Origin: an uncultured Acetatifactor sp.
GTDB taxonomy: Bacteria; Bacillota; Clostridia; Lachnospirales; Lachnospiraceae
Direction: 5' to 3'
DNA length: 64,000 nt
Assembly: GCA_910586515.1 (NCBI GenBank)
Contig: CAJUGL010000006.1
Span: forward strand, 23,758 to 87,757
This document shows positions 17,648-27,853 of the stretch, piece after piece. Each line of letters starts with the position of its first letter. Positions within the stretch are counted from its first letter, which is position 1. Position numbers and translations under genes: made by a program. The notes under the pieces were generated by a model. The model was not told the origin of the DNA and did not search any database. It saw only the letters and a program-made list of their open reading frames with translations.

Positions 17648-18742
17648 TTATTTCGGTATCTGCTGGGTTATACAGTGGATATTCCCGCCTCCGATCAAAA
17701 TATCCCTTGTGTAAATCTGAATAATCTCCCTGTCCGGGAAAAGTTCCCCCAGAACGGCTTTGGCCTCCTCGTCAGCCGGATCCCCAAAGCCCGGGACCAC
17801 AATACTCCCGTTGGCGATATAAAAATTCACATAGGAGGCCGCTAACCGTTCACCGGGCGTCCGGACAGGCCCGTCTCCGCAGCAATCCAGCCCCTCACAT
17901 TCCTCCTCGGTAACGGTAACGGGTTTCGGCAGGGGCAGCTTATGTATCCGCAGTTTTCTCCCCCTGGCATCCACTGCCTCTTCCAAACAGTTCAGGCAGG
18001 CTCCGGACATGGCGTACTGCACATCCTCCCTATCCTCCGTCCAGGCCAGCACCACCTCTCCCGGCGCGGTAAATGCGCAGATATTATCCACATGGCCATC
18101 AGTCTCGTCATTGTATATCCCGCAGGGGAGCCAGATAACCTTGGAAACATTCAGATATTTCTGCAGGTTCTCCTGGATTTGTTCCCTGCTCAGCTCCGGA
18201 TTCCGCCCCTTGCCAAGGAGACAGGACTCCGTAACAATGCAGGTCCCCTCCCCGTCCACATGAATCGAGCCTCCCTCCAGAATGAAGTCCCGCTTGTCAT
18301 AGATGTCCCTGTCCATCAGGTCGCAAAGCTTTCTCGCCATCTGATTGTCCTTATCCCAGGGAAAATACAGTCCGTCGTAAAGGCCTCCCCATGCGTTGAA
18401 TCCCCAGTCTACTCCCCTTATGACACCTGCGTCATTTTTCACAAAGGTGGGCGCATAATCTCTGGCCCAGGCATCATTGCTGGACATCTCCACCACTCTG
18501 ATCTGATCCGGCAGCATTGACCTGGCCTGATCATATTGCCTGCCGCCCGCGCATACCGTCACCTTTTCCGACTTTGCAATGGCCTCCGCGATCTGCACAA
18601 AGGCTTTCCTGGCCGCATAGCCTCCGTACTGCCAGGAGTCGGAGCGCTCCGGAAATATCATGATACAGCCCTCATGCCCCTCAAACTCCGCCGGCATGCG
18701 GAAACCGTCCGCCGCCGGTGTCGAATTCCTGATTATTTTCAC
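17648..18742 (-). CDS. aguA: agmatine deiminase
   Basis: I prefer the GTG start at 18740-18742 (VKIIRNSTPAADGFRMPAEFE...), with RBS GGGGAGG 6-7 nt upstream. The ORF-track start at 18805 lacks an RBS. The motifs WARDYAPTF and C-terminal GGGNIHCITQQ (catalytic Cys) fit the family. Confidence 0.85.
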   Translation of the reverse strand: MKIIRNSTPAADGFRMPAEFEGHEGCIMIFPERSDSWQYGGYAARKAFVQIAEAIAKSEKVTVCAGGRQYDQARSMLPDQIRVVEMSSNDAWARDYAPTFVKNDAGVIRGVDWGFNAWGGLYDGLYFPWDKDNQMARKLCDLMDRDIYDKRDFILEGGSIHVDGEGTCIVTESCLLGKGRNPELSREQIQENLQKYLNVSKVIWLPCGIYNDETDGHVDNICAFTAPGEVVLAWTEDREDVQYAMSGACLNCLEEAVDARGRKLRIHKLPLPKPVTVTEEECEGLDCCGDGPVRTPGERLAASYVNFYIANGSIVVPGFGDPADEEAKAVLGELFPDREIIQIYTRDILIGGGNIHCITQQIPK

Positions 18743-19209
18743 AAAATACCTCCCCTGAACCGCTGTTCCGCCCGCAGTGCTTATCCGACTGCCGCCTATA
18801 TACAACTATTATACAAAGATTTTATAATTCCTTAAGTCCACGGTCAAACTTTAGACACATTTTTCCAGTATCATAGATTTAACAACAATGAAGCTGTTGG
18901 ATTTTAACAAGAAGGTTAGGGTTCTGTCAGCTTCGCCTACCAACAATACTGCTTCGGCAGTTTTACTATATACCTTTTACGTTTCATAATTTCTCTTTCT
19001 AAGACGGGAGCCCGGCATTTACGCCGGGTTCTTGTCTTATGAGAGAGCTTCTCCGTAATCTGTCAACTGTTTGGAAAGCCTCTGCCGCGGGAGCAGTCTC
19101 TTCTATATAAGAATACTATAAAAATACTACCAGACCCGCTCCCGGCAGTCAATAGATTGGCACGAAAATCCCCAGCAATCGCTTTGACAGCTGTCCGGCG
19201 CATCTATCC

Positions 19210-20784
19210 TTAAGAAGCGCGTCTGTCCAAAACATGACAGCAGCCCAGGAACCCCGCCATCAAAGCCACCAAAACACCGTACACGATATAACCGGAAACC
19301 CCCGGCATGGCAACCAGGACCACCATCGGCACTATCCCCGCAGCCATCACCACCAGCATACTCACCATGGAAGATGCGCTCTGCTTCACCACTCTGACTT
19401 CGCTCTCCCACTCCATCAGAGGCAGCCTTTCATTCACCGCAAGCCCCACCCTGGCCCCAAAGACAATGTAGACCGCAGGAACCGCCAAAAGACACAGCGC
19501 ATCCGCCCACCCCGGCCGCAGGGCCAGCAGCACCAGCACCTCGGATATCAGATAAAAGGGCAGAGCCACCAAAAGGTTCGCCGCCATCTTGCTCCGGATA
19601 ATATCCCGCCGGGTCACAGGCAGAGTCTGCAGCATCCACCACTGCTTTCCCTCCAGAGAAAGGGAACAAGCCGTCATGGGCATCATCATCGGCAGACAGC
19701 CCAGCAAGACAGGCAGCGCCCGCTCTGCCGCGCCGGGAATCCCGATGGCCTGCTCAATGGTCTGACTGTCCACAAACAGAACCGCTGCAGCCAGAATCAC
19801 CATAAGCAGTTCTCCTGCCAGCGTATTGGTCACATACACAGTGGAAGAAAAATAATGCCGCAGCTCCCGCTCCACCATAGTCCCCAGAAGAGATTTCTCC
19901 TGAAGACTCTTCATCCTGTAATTTCCCCTGGCTTCCCGTGCGCTTAAAAGCCCGCAGATATTGACGTAAAAACGCTGCAGTATTTCCAGGAAAACCACAA
20001 AACTTCCCAGTGACACGCCCACAAACAGCAGCAGCTTTCCCATCTCCCCTGAAACCATGGCGTCACAGACCCACATGGCAGGAGGATAGAGACTCCGGAT
20101 CTGTCCCTCCAGAGCCGCGCCCAGTTGGGCCACCATGGCGTTTAACTCGCTCTCCTCCATGCCGCCCATGGACAGGCTGCCCACCATGATCACAGTGATA
20201 AACACAAGGGTCAGCAAAATGGAAACCAGGTTCTTGCGCCTCCAGCGGCTGGCAATGCCCGCAATCAGAGCCCCCAGAACGGAAGCCGCCGTCATGGGCA
20301 GCAGAGGCAGGAAAATTCCCGCCAGGATACCCGTGATCCAGAAAGAAACCCCCGGCCCTTCCATCACCCCGTACACTGCCATCCCCGGCAGCATCACCAG
20401 AAATCCCAACAGCATATCCGTAATATACATGGAAAGAAAACGGCTGACAATGACGGCCCGCACCGTCACCGGCAGGGCAATCTGTTTCTCATAGGCCTTC
20501 CTGTCAAACAGCACCGGCCCGGCCTTGAATATGGTAAAAAAGAACACCAGCAGGGACACTGCCATGCCCAATACCCCCGGAACATACCGGCCCATCCCCA
20601 TGGCAGTCAGGCCAAAGCTTGCAAGCCCCACATAGCCTGCCAGCATCACGATCACCATCGCCCACAAAAGTCCCAGAAGGCAGGCCTTTACCTTCTTCCT
20701 GGTATCTCTGGTAAAACGAAGTTCATTGAGTCCGAACATTCCATACAGAGAGATCTTGGTCAACAGCCTAATTTGCCTCATCAT
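19210..20784 (-). CDS. ABC transporter permease (multi-pass, unknown substrate)
   Basis: 524 aa with about 12 hydrophobic segments. The start overlaps the stop of the upstream ATPase gene by 17 nt, which suggests translational coupling. Confidence 0.7.
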   Translation of the reverse strand: MMRQIRLLTKISLYGMFGLNELRFTRDTRKKVKACLLGLLWAMVIVMLAGYVGLASFGLTAMGMGRYVPGVLGMAVSLLVFFFTIFKAGPVLFDRKAYEKQIALPVTVRAVIVSRFLSMYITDMLLGFLVMLPGMAVYGVMEGPGVSFWITGILAGIFLPLLPMTAASVLGALIAGIASRWRRKNLVSILLTLVFITVIMVGSLSMGGMEESELNAMVAQLGAALEGQIRSLYPPAMWVCDAMVSGEMGKLLLFVGVSLGSFVVFLEILQRFYVNICGLLSAREARGNYRMKSLQEKSLLGTMVERELRHYFSSTVYVTNTLAGELLMVILAAAVLFVDSQTIEQAIGIPGAAERALPVLLGCLPMMMPMTACSLSLEGKQWWMLQTLPVTRRDIIRSKMAANLLVALPFYLISEVLVLLALRPGWADALCLLAVPAVYIVFGARVGLAVNERLPLMEWESEVRVVKQSASSMVSMLVVMAAGIVPMVVLVAMPGVSGYIVYGVLVALMAGFLGCCHVLDRRAS

Positions 20785-21490
20785 GATGGATCACCTCCAT
20801 AAATACGTCCTCCAGGGACTTATCCCCGGTAAGCGCTTTCGTCTCGCCCTCTGCCACAAGCTTACCGCCGGAAATCACGGCAATGCGGTTGCAGAGCTTC
20901 TCCGCCACCTCCAGCACATGAGTAGAGAAAAAGATGGCGCTTCCCTTTTCGCACAGAGCGTGCATTTTCTTTTTCAAAATCAGGGATGCCTCCGGGTCCA
21001 GCCCCACAAAAGGCTCATCCAATACCAGCAGCTTCGGCTCATGCAGCAGCGCGCCGATCAGAACCAGTTTCTGCCGCATACCGTGGGAATAGGTGGAGAC
21101 CAGATCTCCCAGAACCGAATATATCCCAAACTCCTCCGCCTCCCTGCGGATACGCTCCTGCCTCACGGCTCCAGGCACCTGATAGATATCCGCGATAAAG
21201 TTCAGATACTGAATGCCCGTGAGATATTCGTAAATATCCGGGTTATCCGGGATATATGCTGTAACCCGCTTACAGTCCAGGGACCGGGCGCGCACATCCT
21301 TCCCGTCCACCAGAATCTCCCCTTTGTCGAATTCGTGAATCCCCACCACAGCCTTGATGGTGGTAGTCTTCCCTGCGCCGTTGTGGCCGATGAAACCGTA
21401 GATGTCCCCGGCCCTGACCGTCAGGGACAGATTGTCCACTGCGGTCCTGCCGCCCTTGTAAATTTTGGTCAGGTTTTTAATTTCAAGCAT
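20768..21490 (-). CDS. ABC transporter ATP-binding protein
   Basis: Start at MLEIKNLTKIY (ATG 21488-21490, RBS GGAGAGGAG). It has Walker A GHNGAGKTT, a signature-like YSHGMRQK, and Walker B LLVLDEP. Confidence 0.85.
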   Translation of the reverse strand: MLEIKNLTKIYKGGRTAVDNLSLTVRAGDIYGFIGHNGAGKTTTIKAVVGIHEFDKGEILVDGKDVRARSLDCKRVTAYIPDNPDIYEYLTGIQYLNFIADIYQVPGAVRQERIRREAEEFGIYSVLGDLVSTYSHGMRQKLVLIGALLHEPKLLVLDEPFVGLDPEASLILKKKMHALCEKGSAIFFSTHVLEVAEKLCNRIAVISGGKLVAEGETKALTGDKSLEDVFMEVIHHDEAN

Positions 21491-21654
21491 TGCTGATCTC
21501 CTCTCCTCTTGATCTATGTGAAGGCCTATGGCCCCCAGCAATGATACCTAATTTCTATTTGATATCATTATCATATCACTTTAATTCTCTTTTTGCAAGT
21601 GTTTTATCCTTTTGAGTGCAGGCATGATCACAGAGAAAGAAAAACTGAACATCC

Positions 21655-21709
21655 GTAAAAACGACAGGCGGCAGACCCGGTCTTTTCAGATTCCGCGTTC
21701 TGCCGCCTG
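21655..21709 (-). terminator. intrinsic terminator after the GH29 gene
   Basis: The minus strand reads CAGGCGGCAGA (23-nt loop) TCTGCCGCCTG followed by TCGTTTTTAC. The stem is a perfect 11 bp. Confidence 0.7.
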
Positions 21710-21742
21710 CTGCGCCGCCCGGTTCAGGGCCTTTCTTAAATT

Positions 21743-23188
21743 CTAATATACGCCGATAAAGGACAGCGTAGGACATACTCTGGCGTCACAGATACGGATG
21801 TGCAGCCGTGTCACTTCTGCCGCCGGAAACTTTGCGATTTTTTTGTAGCCCACAGCGGCGCCCTCATAGAGAAGAGAACCTGTCTCTGTCCTGATCTGAA
21901 AAGCTTCAATACGCTGACTCAGGTGAATGTTCTCCTTCAGCACCACATGGGATACCACAGTCGGCGCGGAAAAACTGATGGTGATTTCCGCAGTCCTGAC
22001 TCCGTCCCTGGTTTTATAAAAAGTCTCGTAACTGTCTTCCCGCACGCCTTCTATGTCATGTCCCTCTTCCCGGCTGTCTGCTTCCAGAACGGCTTCCCGA
22101 AGCAGATTTACGGAGAAGGTTTTCCGCAGATACGCGCCGATCTCCTCCAGGCGGCGTACATCATTTTCATGGAACCTTCCGTCCGGTGCAGGCGGAATAT
22201 TCAGCAGAAACATGGCATTTCCGCCTACGGAATGATAGTAAATATGCAGCAGTTCCTCCAGCGAACGGACTTTATCATCTTCCCTTTCATGGTAGAACCA
22301 ACCGGGCCTGATGGAGGTGTTCACCTCGGCGGGATACCAGATCAGATTCTCTTCCCCGGCCAGAATATGCCTGCTTCCCAGGTCCAGATCCTGGGCTTTG
22401 ATTTCCCGCATCCGGAAAGAAGCATCGTCGGCCTGCTGGCTTTCCGAGGCCACTTTCTCCGTATCCCGCATTCTGGCAGGCACCACACTCCACTCCGCAG
22501 GCCTGGTACTCCCGGCTTCATTGCCGCACCAGCGGATATCCGGACCGCATACGGAAATGCAGGCATCGGGCTGCAGTCTGCGGATCACTTCATAATAACG
22601 GGGCCAGTCATAATCCTGTTTTTTCCCGTTTTTCCCCTCCCCGCATGCCCCGTCAAACCACACGGAAAAAATCTCCCCGTAATTTGTCAGAAGCTCCGTC
22701 AGCTGATTCACGAAATAATCGTTATAGGCCTTTCCCTGTCCGTAAGTTTCGTTGTTCCTATCCCAGGGAGAGAGATAAATGCCGAAACGAATACCGCCTT
22801 TCCTGCAGGCTTCGGATACTTCTTTTACGATATCTCCTTTCCCCTGCCGAAAAGGGCTTCCCGCAATGGTGTGGTCTGTATATTTGCTGGGCCACAGACA
22901 GAAACCGTCGTGGTGTTTGCAGGTAAGGATCAGGCCCTTCATACCGGCGGCTTTCACGGCATCCACCCATTGATCCGCGTCGAACCTGTCCGGCCGGAAG
23001 ATGCTTTCAGGCTCCGTCCCCTCTCCCCACTCTTTATCCGTATATGTATTTACGGTAAAATGCACAAAGGCATAAAATTCCAACTGCTGAAAACTGACCT
23101 GACGCCGGCTTGGGGTGACCTGTATCAGTTTGCTGTCAAGTGTGTCAAGCGCTTCCTGTGACAAAAGCGTTTCCGTCGTATCCGACAT
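21743..23188 (-). CDS. alpha-L-fucosidase (GH29) with a C-terminal discoidin-like module
   Basis: 481 aa. The block FYAFVHFTVNTYTDKEWG...KGLILTCKHHDGFCLWPSKYT...YLSPWDR...WFDGA is typical of the GH29 catalytic domain. Confidence 0.8.
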   Translation of the reverse strand: MSDTTETLLSQEALDTLDSKLIQVTPSRRQVSFQQLEFYAFVHFTVNTYTDKEWGEGTEPESIFRPDRFDADQWVDAVKAAGMKGLILTCKHHDGFCLWPSKYTDHTIAGSPFRQGKGDIVKEVSEACRKGGIRFGIYLSPWDRNNETYGQGKAYNDYFVNQLTELLTNYGEIFSVWFDGACGEGKNGKKQDYDWPRYYEVIRRLQPDACISVCGPDIRWCGNEAGSTRPAEWSVVPARMRDTEKVASESQQADDASFRMREIKAQDLDLGSRHILAGEENLIWYPAEVNTSIRPGWFYHEREDDKVRSLEELLHIYYHSVGGNAMFLLNIPPAPDGRFHENDVRRLEEIGAYLRKTFSVNLLREAVLEADSREEGHDIEGVREDSYETFYKTRDGVRTAEITISFSAPTVVSHVVLKENIHLSQRIEAFQIRTETGSLLYEGAAVGYKKIAKFPAAEVTRLHIRICDARVCPTLSFIGVY

Positions 23189-23294
23189 AATTTATCTCCT
23201 TTACATGCTTACATGAATCTCGTGTCGATATTTCCGTACTTTCGCAGCAGTCCGGCGCCCGGTCTGAACCGCTGCGTTCTTTCCGCTTACCTGC

Positions 23295-24554
23295 TCAGTC
23301 GATCAGCGCCGGGTTTTCCTCCACCACCCAGGGCAGGCCGTACCTGTTCAGGGCCTCCATATAGGGATCCGGATCGAACTCCTCCACATTGAATACGCCC
23401 GGCTTCTTCCAGGTCCCGTTCATCACCAGCATGGCGCCGATCATGGCGGGCACGCCGGTGGTGTAGGAGATGGCCTGGGAACCCACTTCCCGATAGCATT
23501 CCTGATGATCGCACACATTGTAGATATAAACGGATTTCTCCTTCCCGTCCTTTACCCCGGTGAAAATACAGCCGATGTTGGTCTTGCCCACTGTGCGGGG
23601 TCCAAGGGAAGCCGGATCGGGAAGCAGCGCCTTCAAAAACTGGATGGGCACGATCTCCCTGCCCTGGAACATCACGGGATCCGTGCGCAGCATCCCCACA
23701 TTCTCCAGGCATTTCATATGGGTCAGATAGCTCTGTCCGAAAGTCATGAAGAAGCGGATCCGCTTAACGCCGGGAATGTTCTTTGCCAGGGACTCGATCT
23801 CCTCATGGTGCAGCAGATACATATCCTTTCTGCCCACCTGGGCGAAATCGTACTCCCGCTTGATTTCCATGGGCCTGGTCTCCACCCAGTGGCCGTCCTC
23901 CCAGTAGGAGCCGTTGGCGGACACCTCCCGCAGGTTGATCTCCGGATTAAAATTGGTAGCAAAAGGATAGCCGTGGTCTCCGCCGTTGCAGTCCATGATA
24001 TCAATATAGTGAATCTGATCAAAATAATGCTTCAGGGCATAGGCGGAAAACACACTGGTGACTCCGGGGTCAAAGCCGGAGCCCAGAAGCGCCGTAATGC
24101 CTGCCTTTTCAAAGCGTTCCTTATAGGCCCACTGCCAGGAATAATCAAAATATGCGGTAAATCCCTGTTCTTTGCATCTTTTTTCGTAAATCTCCCGCCA
24201 TGCCGGGTCTTCCGTATCCTCCGCCTCATAATTGGCGGTGTCGATGTAGTCAACCCCGCAGGCCAGACAGGCATCCATAATCGTCAGATCCTGATAGGGC
24301 AGCGCCAGGTTCAGCACGGCCTTTGGCTCTTCCCTTTTGATCAGGGCAATCAGCTCTTCCACATTGTCCGCGTCCACCCTGGCGGTGGTGATCACAGCCT
24401 CTGTCTTTCCCGCAAGCTTCTCCTTCAGGGCGTCGCATTTCTCCACCGTGCGGCTGGCGATACAGATCTCCGAAAACACATCCGCCTTCATGGCGCATTT
24501 CTGAATGGCTACGGAGGCAACGCCGCCGCAGCCGATAACTAAAATTTTAGACAT
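23295..24554 (-). CDS. carboxynorspermidine dehydrogenase/synthase (saccharopine dehydrogenase family)
   Basis: Start at MSKILVIGCGGVASV (ATG 24552-24554, RBS GGAGAGAG). It is collinear with the Vibrio CANSDH as I recall it: GFDPGVTSVFSAYALKH, GDHG..FATNFNPE, QAISYTTGVPA, PDPY. Confidence 0.8.
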   Translation of the reverse strand: MSKILVIGCGGVASVAIQKCAMKADVFSEICIASRTVEKCDALKEKLAGKTEAVITTARVDADNVEELIALIKREEPKAVLNLALPYQDLTIMDACLACGVDYIDTANYEAEDTEDPAWREIYEKRCKEQGFTAYFDYSWQWAYKERFEKAGITALLGSGFDPGVTSVFSAYALKHYFDQIHYIDIMDCNGGDHGYPFATNFNPEINLREVSANGSYWEDGHWVETRPMEIKREYDFAQVGRKDMYLLHHEEIESLAKNIPGVKRIRFFMTFGQSYLTHMKCLENVGMLRTDPVMFQGREIVPIQFLKALLPDPASLGPRTVGKTNIGCIFTGVKDGKEKSVYIYNVCDHQECYREVGSQAISYTTGVPAMIGAMLVMNGTWKKPGVFNVEEFDPDPYMEALNRYGLPWVVEENPALID

Positions 24555-24630
24555 TTTTCTCTCTCCGTTCTTTGTGTCCATATCCCTTTTTCAGTCCATT
24601 CCTCCCAATACCCCGATAGTTTCCTTCCGT

Positions 24631-25497
24631 TTACCCGTGAATCTCCACCTTCCGCAGCAGCTTCTCCACATAAGCAGGAAGGCAGAATGCCCCCGCGTGA
24701 AGCTTCGGGGTGTAATACCGGGTCTCAAAGCCTCTTTCCACCCACCGGGCCGCGTCCATATCCCGCACAGGATGATATTTTTTTGACGCAAAACCGAAGA
24801 GCCAATGGCCGGAAGGATAGGTGGGAATATGCGCCTGGTATACCCGGCTGATGGGGAAGCTCTCCACAATGCGCTTGTGGGCGCGCATGCAGGCAGTGGC
24901 ATCCGTCTCATAGAAGGGGCTTTCATGCTGATTTACCATAATGCCGTCCTCCCGCAGAGCCTTGTAGCAGTTTCCGTAGAATTCCTTGGTGAAAAGGCCT
25001 TCCCCGGGTCCGAAGGGATCCGTGGAGTCCACAATGATCAAATCGTATTCGTTTTCCCGTGAACGGACAAACTTCAGGCCGTCCTCATAGTGAATATACA
25101 CTCTCTCGTCATCCAGTTTGCAGGCAGTCTGGGGCAGGTAGTCCCTGCACACCTGGATCACCTGTCTGTCGATCTCCACCAGGTCAATGTATTCGATCTC
25201 CGGGTACTTCACCAGTTCCCGCACCACGCCGCCGTCCCCTGCGCCGATGACCAGCACCCTCTGCACATGGGGATGCACTGCCATGGGCACATGAACAATC
25301 ATCTCATGGTAGATAAATTCATCCTTTTCCGTCAGCATGATATAGCCGTCCAGTGCCAGAAAGCGCCCGAACTCCGGGGATTCAAACACATCTATGCGCT
25401 GCAGATCGCTCTCGCCGCTGTATAATTGCCTGTTCACCCGTATAGACAGCTTTACGTTTGGTGTGTGCAGTTCAGAAAACCATAAATCCATAAGCAT
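24631..25497 (-). CDS. speE: spermidine synthase (aminopropyltransferase)
   Basis: 288 aa. LWFSELHTPNVKLSIRV..., QRIDVFES..FGR.L.LDG, VLVIGAGDGGVVRE and IIVDSTDPFGP are canonical SpeE motifs. Confidence 0.9.
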   Translation of the reverse strand: MLMDLWFSELHTPNVKLSIRVNRQLYSGESDLQRIDVFESPEFGRFLALDGYIMLTEKDEFIYHEMIVHVPMAVHPHVQRVLVIGAGDGGVVRELVKYPEIEYIDLVEIDRQVIQVCRDYLPQTACKLDDERVYIHYEDGLKFVRSRENEYDLIIVDSTDPFGPGEGLFTKEFYGNCYKALREDGIMVNQHESPFYETDATACMRAHKRIVESFPISRVYQAHIPTYPSGHWLFGFASKKYHPVRDMDAARWVERGFETRYYTPKLHAGAFCLPAYVEKLLRKVEIHG

Positions 25498-25545
25498 ACC
25501 TCCTGTTCCGTTTTCTAAAACAACCCCCTCTACCAGGCAGCGCTC

Positions 25546-27009
25546 TCACACCGCCCACTGCTCCCTCAGCACGTTCAGTCTCCCGATCCCGGGATCCTCC
25601 GGCCCGGTCATGGAGCATCCCTTTTCTTTGGCGTAAATAATGTACTCCAGAATTTCCTCCGTAATCTCCTCCCCGGGAGCCAGAATGGGGATTCCCGGAG
25701 GATAGCACATGACGAACTCGCTGCAGATGCGCCCCTTTGTCTCCCTCAGGGGCAGGGATTCCTTCTCCGCATAAAAGGCGCTCTGGGGCGAAACCGCCAC
25801 CTTTGGCTCAATGTATTCCTGGGTGTACATGCCCCCATTGTCCTGTCTGTATTTCCGTCTGATTTCTGTCAGCGCGCCGATCAGCCGTTCCATGTCCCGC
25901 TCCCTGTCCCCGATGGAAATGTAGGCCAGCACATTGGCGATATCCCCCAGTTCCATCTGAATGTCGTACTCGTCCCGAAGCAGGTCATAGACTTCGATTC
26001 CCGCCAGACCGATCCCCAGGGTATTGACAGTCAGCTTTGTCTTGTCAAAATCGAAGATGCTGTCGCCGTTGATCAGTTCCGATGTATAAGCATAATAGCC
26101 TCCGATGCGGTTGATTTCCTCCCTGGCATACTCCGCCAGAGCCGTCACCTTGGCAAATTCCTTCTTTCCCCGCAGAGCCAGATTCCGCCGGGAGATGTCC
26201 AGACTGGCAAGCAGGAGATAAGACGCGCTTGTAGTCTGCGTCAGATTGATGATCTGCCGTACATAACCGGGATTCACGGAGCTTCCGATCAGCAGAAAGG
26301 AACTCTGGGTCAGGCTTCCGCCCGATTTATGCATACTGACTGCAGCCATGTCCGCCCCGGCCTCCATTGCCGACAGGGGCATTTTGTCCCCGAAATAAAA
26401 ATGGGTTCCATGGGCCTCGTCCACCAGTACCTTCATCCCGCGGGCATGGGCCATGCGCACAATGCTTCTCAGATCGGAGCAGATGCCGTAATAGGTGGGA
26501 TTGTTCACCAATACCGCCACCGCGTCCGGATGCTCCTGCATGGTCCGCTCCACCTGGGAGACCTTCATGCCCAGGGCGATTCCCAGTTTACTGTCCACGT
26601 CCGGATTCACGTAGATGGGAATGGCTCCGTTCAAAACCAAGGCATTGATGACGCTTCTGTGCACATTTCTGGGAAGAATGATCTTGTCCCCCTTTTTGCT
26701 GGCGCCAAGCACCATGCTCTGCACAGAGGACGTAGTCCCTCCCACCATCAGGAACGCATACGCAGCCCCGAATGCCTCAGCCGCCATTTCCTCTGCCTCC
26801 CGAATCACTGACACAGGATGGCAGAGATTGTCCAGGGCCTTCATGGAATTTACGTCTATGCCCACGCACTGCTGTCCCAGAAGCCCCACCAGTTCCGGAT
26901 TGCCCCTGCCCCGCTTATGTCCGGGAACGTCAAAGGGCACGATCCTTTCCTGACGGAACTCTTCCAGCGCCTCATAAATCGGCGCCCTTGACTGATTGTA
27001 ACGTCCCAT
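25546..27009 (-). CDS. speA: PLP-dependent Orn/Lys/Arg decarboxylase, probably arginine decarboxylase (B. subtilis SpeA type)
   Basis: 487 aa. It has FDVPGHKRG, the PLP-lysine block SMHKSGGSLTQSS, and the family size of about 490 aa. The arginine assignment is inferred from the aguA/aguB context. Confidence 0.7.
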   Translation of the reverse strand: MGRYNQSRAPIYEALEEFRQERIVPFDVPGHKRGRGNPELVGLLGQQCVGIDVNSMKALDNLCHPVSVIREAEEMAAEAFGAAYAFLMVGGTTSSVQSMVLGASKKGDKIILPRNVHRSVINALVLNGAIPIYVNPDVDSKLGIALGMKVSQVERTMQEHPDAVAVLVNNPTYYGICSDLRSIVRMAHARGMKVLVDEAHGTHFYFGDKMPLSAMEAGADMAAVSMHKSGGSLTQSSFLLIGSSVNPGYVRQIINLTQTTSASYLLLASLDISRRNLALRGKKEFAKVTALAEYAREEINRIGGYYAYTSELINGDSIFDFDKTKLTVNTLGIGLAGIEVYDLLRDEYDIQMELGDIANVLAYISIGDRERDMERLIGALTEIRRKYRQDNGGMYTQEYIEPKVAVSPQSAFYAEKESLPLRETKGRICSEFVMCYPPGIPILAPGEEITEEILEYIIYAKEKGCSMTGPEDPGIGRLNVLREQWAV

Positions 27010-27076
27010 TTCCCGCCCTTTCCTTTCCGTAACCTTCTCCCCGCATCGGTTCAGACCGAATACTGAACCCGGGAAT

Positions 27077-27835
27077 TTAATAAATATTCCTGCCGCTGAA
27101 TATCTCGATCATCTCCCTGCGCAGGTTGTCCATAATCTCCAAGCGCAGCTTTGGCGGCAGCTCATAGACATCGCTGTTAAAAAGGTAATTCTGCAGATCA
27201 ATCTCCTTGATCAGCATCTTGGTGTGAAAGATGTTCGCCTGATACACATTGATATCCACAGCATCATATCTTTTCAGGGTATCCTTGTTGATATAATCCT
27301 GAATGGAGGTCATCCTGTGGTCCATGAACAGCTTCTCCCCGCTGACCGCCCTGGTAAAGCCCCTGACCCTGTAATCCATGGTGATGATATCGGAGTCAAA
27401 GGAGCCGATGAGATGATCCAGGGTGGACAGGGGCGTAATCTCCCCGCAGGTAGCCACGTCTATATCCACCCGGAAGGTGGCCAGACAGGTGTCCGGATGA
27501 TATTCCGGATAAGTATGCACGGTAATGTGGCTCTTGTCCAGATGGGCCACCGTGGTATCCCCCACAGGCACCTTGCTCTCGTCCGCAATGAGGATGGTCA
27601 CCGAACTCCCCTGTGGCTCATAGTCCTGGCTGGAGATGTTCAGCACAGTGGCGCCGATCATATTGGTCACATCCACCAGAAGTTTGGTCAGACGCTCGGA
27701 ATTGTACTGTTGATCGATATAGGCAATGTAATCCTTCTGCTCTCGCTGAGACTTTGCATAGCACACATCATAGATGTTGAAGCTGAGGGACTTTGTTAAA
27801 TTGTTAAAGCCGTACAAAGCAAGTTTTTCGCTCAT
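27077..27835 (-). CDS. speD: S-adenosylmethionine decarboxylase proenzyme (long, E. coli-like form)
   Basis: 252 aa. [17 protein letters not shown]..., and the self-cleavage region ...[10 protein letters not shown]...[14 protein letters not shown], resemble class 1B AdoMetDC. Confidence 0.8.
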   Translation of the reverse strand: MSEKLALYGFNNLTKSLSFNIYDVCYAKSQREQKDYIAYIDQQYNSERLTKLLVDVTNMIGATVLNISSQDYEPQGSSVTILIADESKVPVGDTTVAHLDKSHITVHTYPEYHPDTCLATFRVDIDVATCGEITPLSTLDHLIGSFDSDIITMDYRVRGFTRAVSGEKLFMDHRMTSIQDYINKDTLKRYDAVDINVYQANIFHTKMLIKEIDLQNYLFNSDVYELPPKLRLEIMDNLRREMIEIFSGRNIY

Positions 27836-27853
27836 ATTTTCTCCTTTATGTAT

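Noticed and set aside
18806-19209. Long (~400 nt) region upstream of aguA examined for a riboswitch or leader (several hairpins, e.g. CCCGGC-gtaaat-GCCGGG and CTGC-cgaa-GCAG)
   Set aside because: I could not recognise any known riboswitch core sequence. The hairpins may simply be the terminator of the upstream ABC operon plus the aguA promoter region.
21800-24542. 453-aa and 345-aa plus-strand ORFs
   Set aside because: They are antisense to the GH29 fucosidase and carboxynorspermidine dehydrogenase genes, both of which have clear family motifs. The same reasoning applies to 29268..30212, 43265..43906, 48230..49240, 50990..52015, 52426..53607, 53998..55158, 58536..60122 and 62143..63144.
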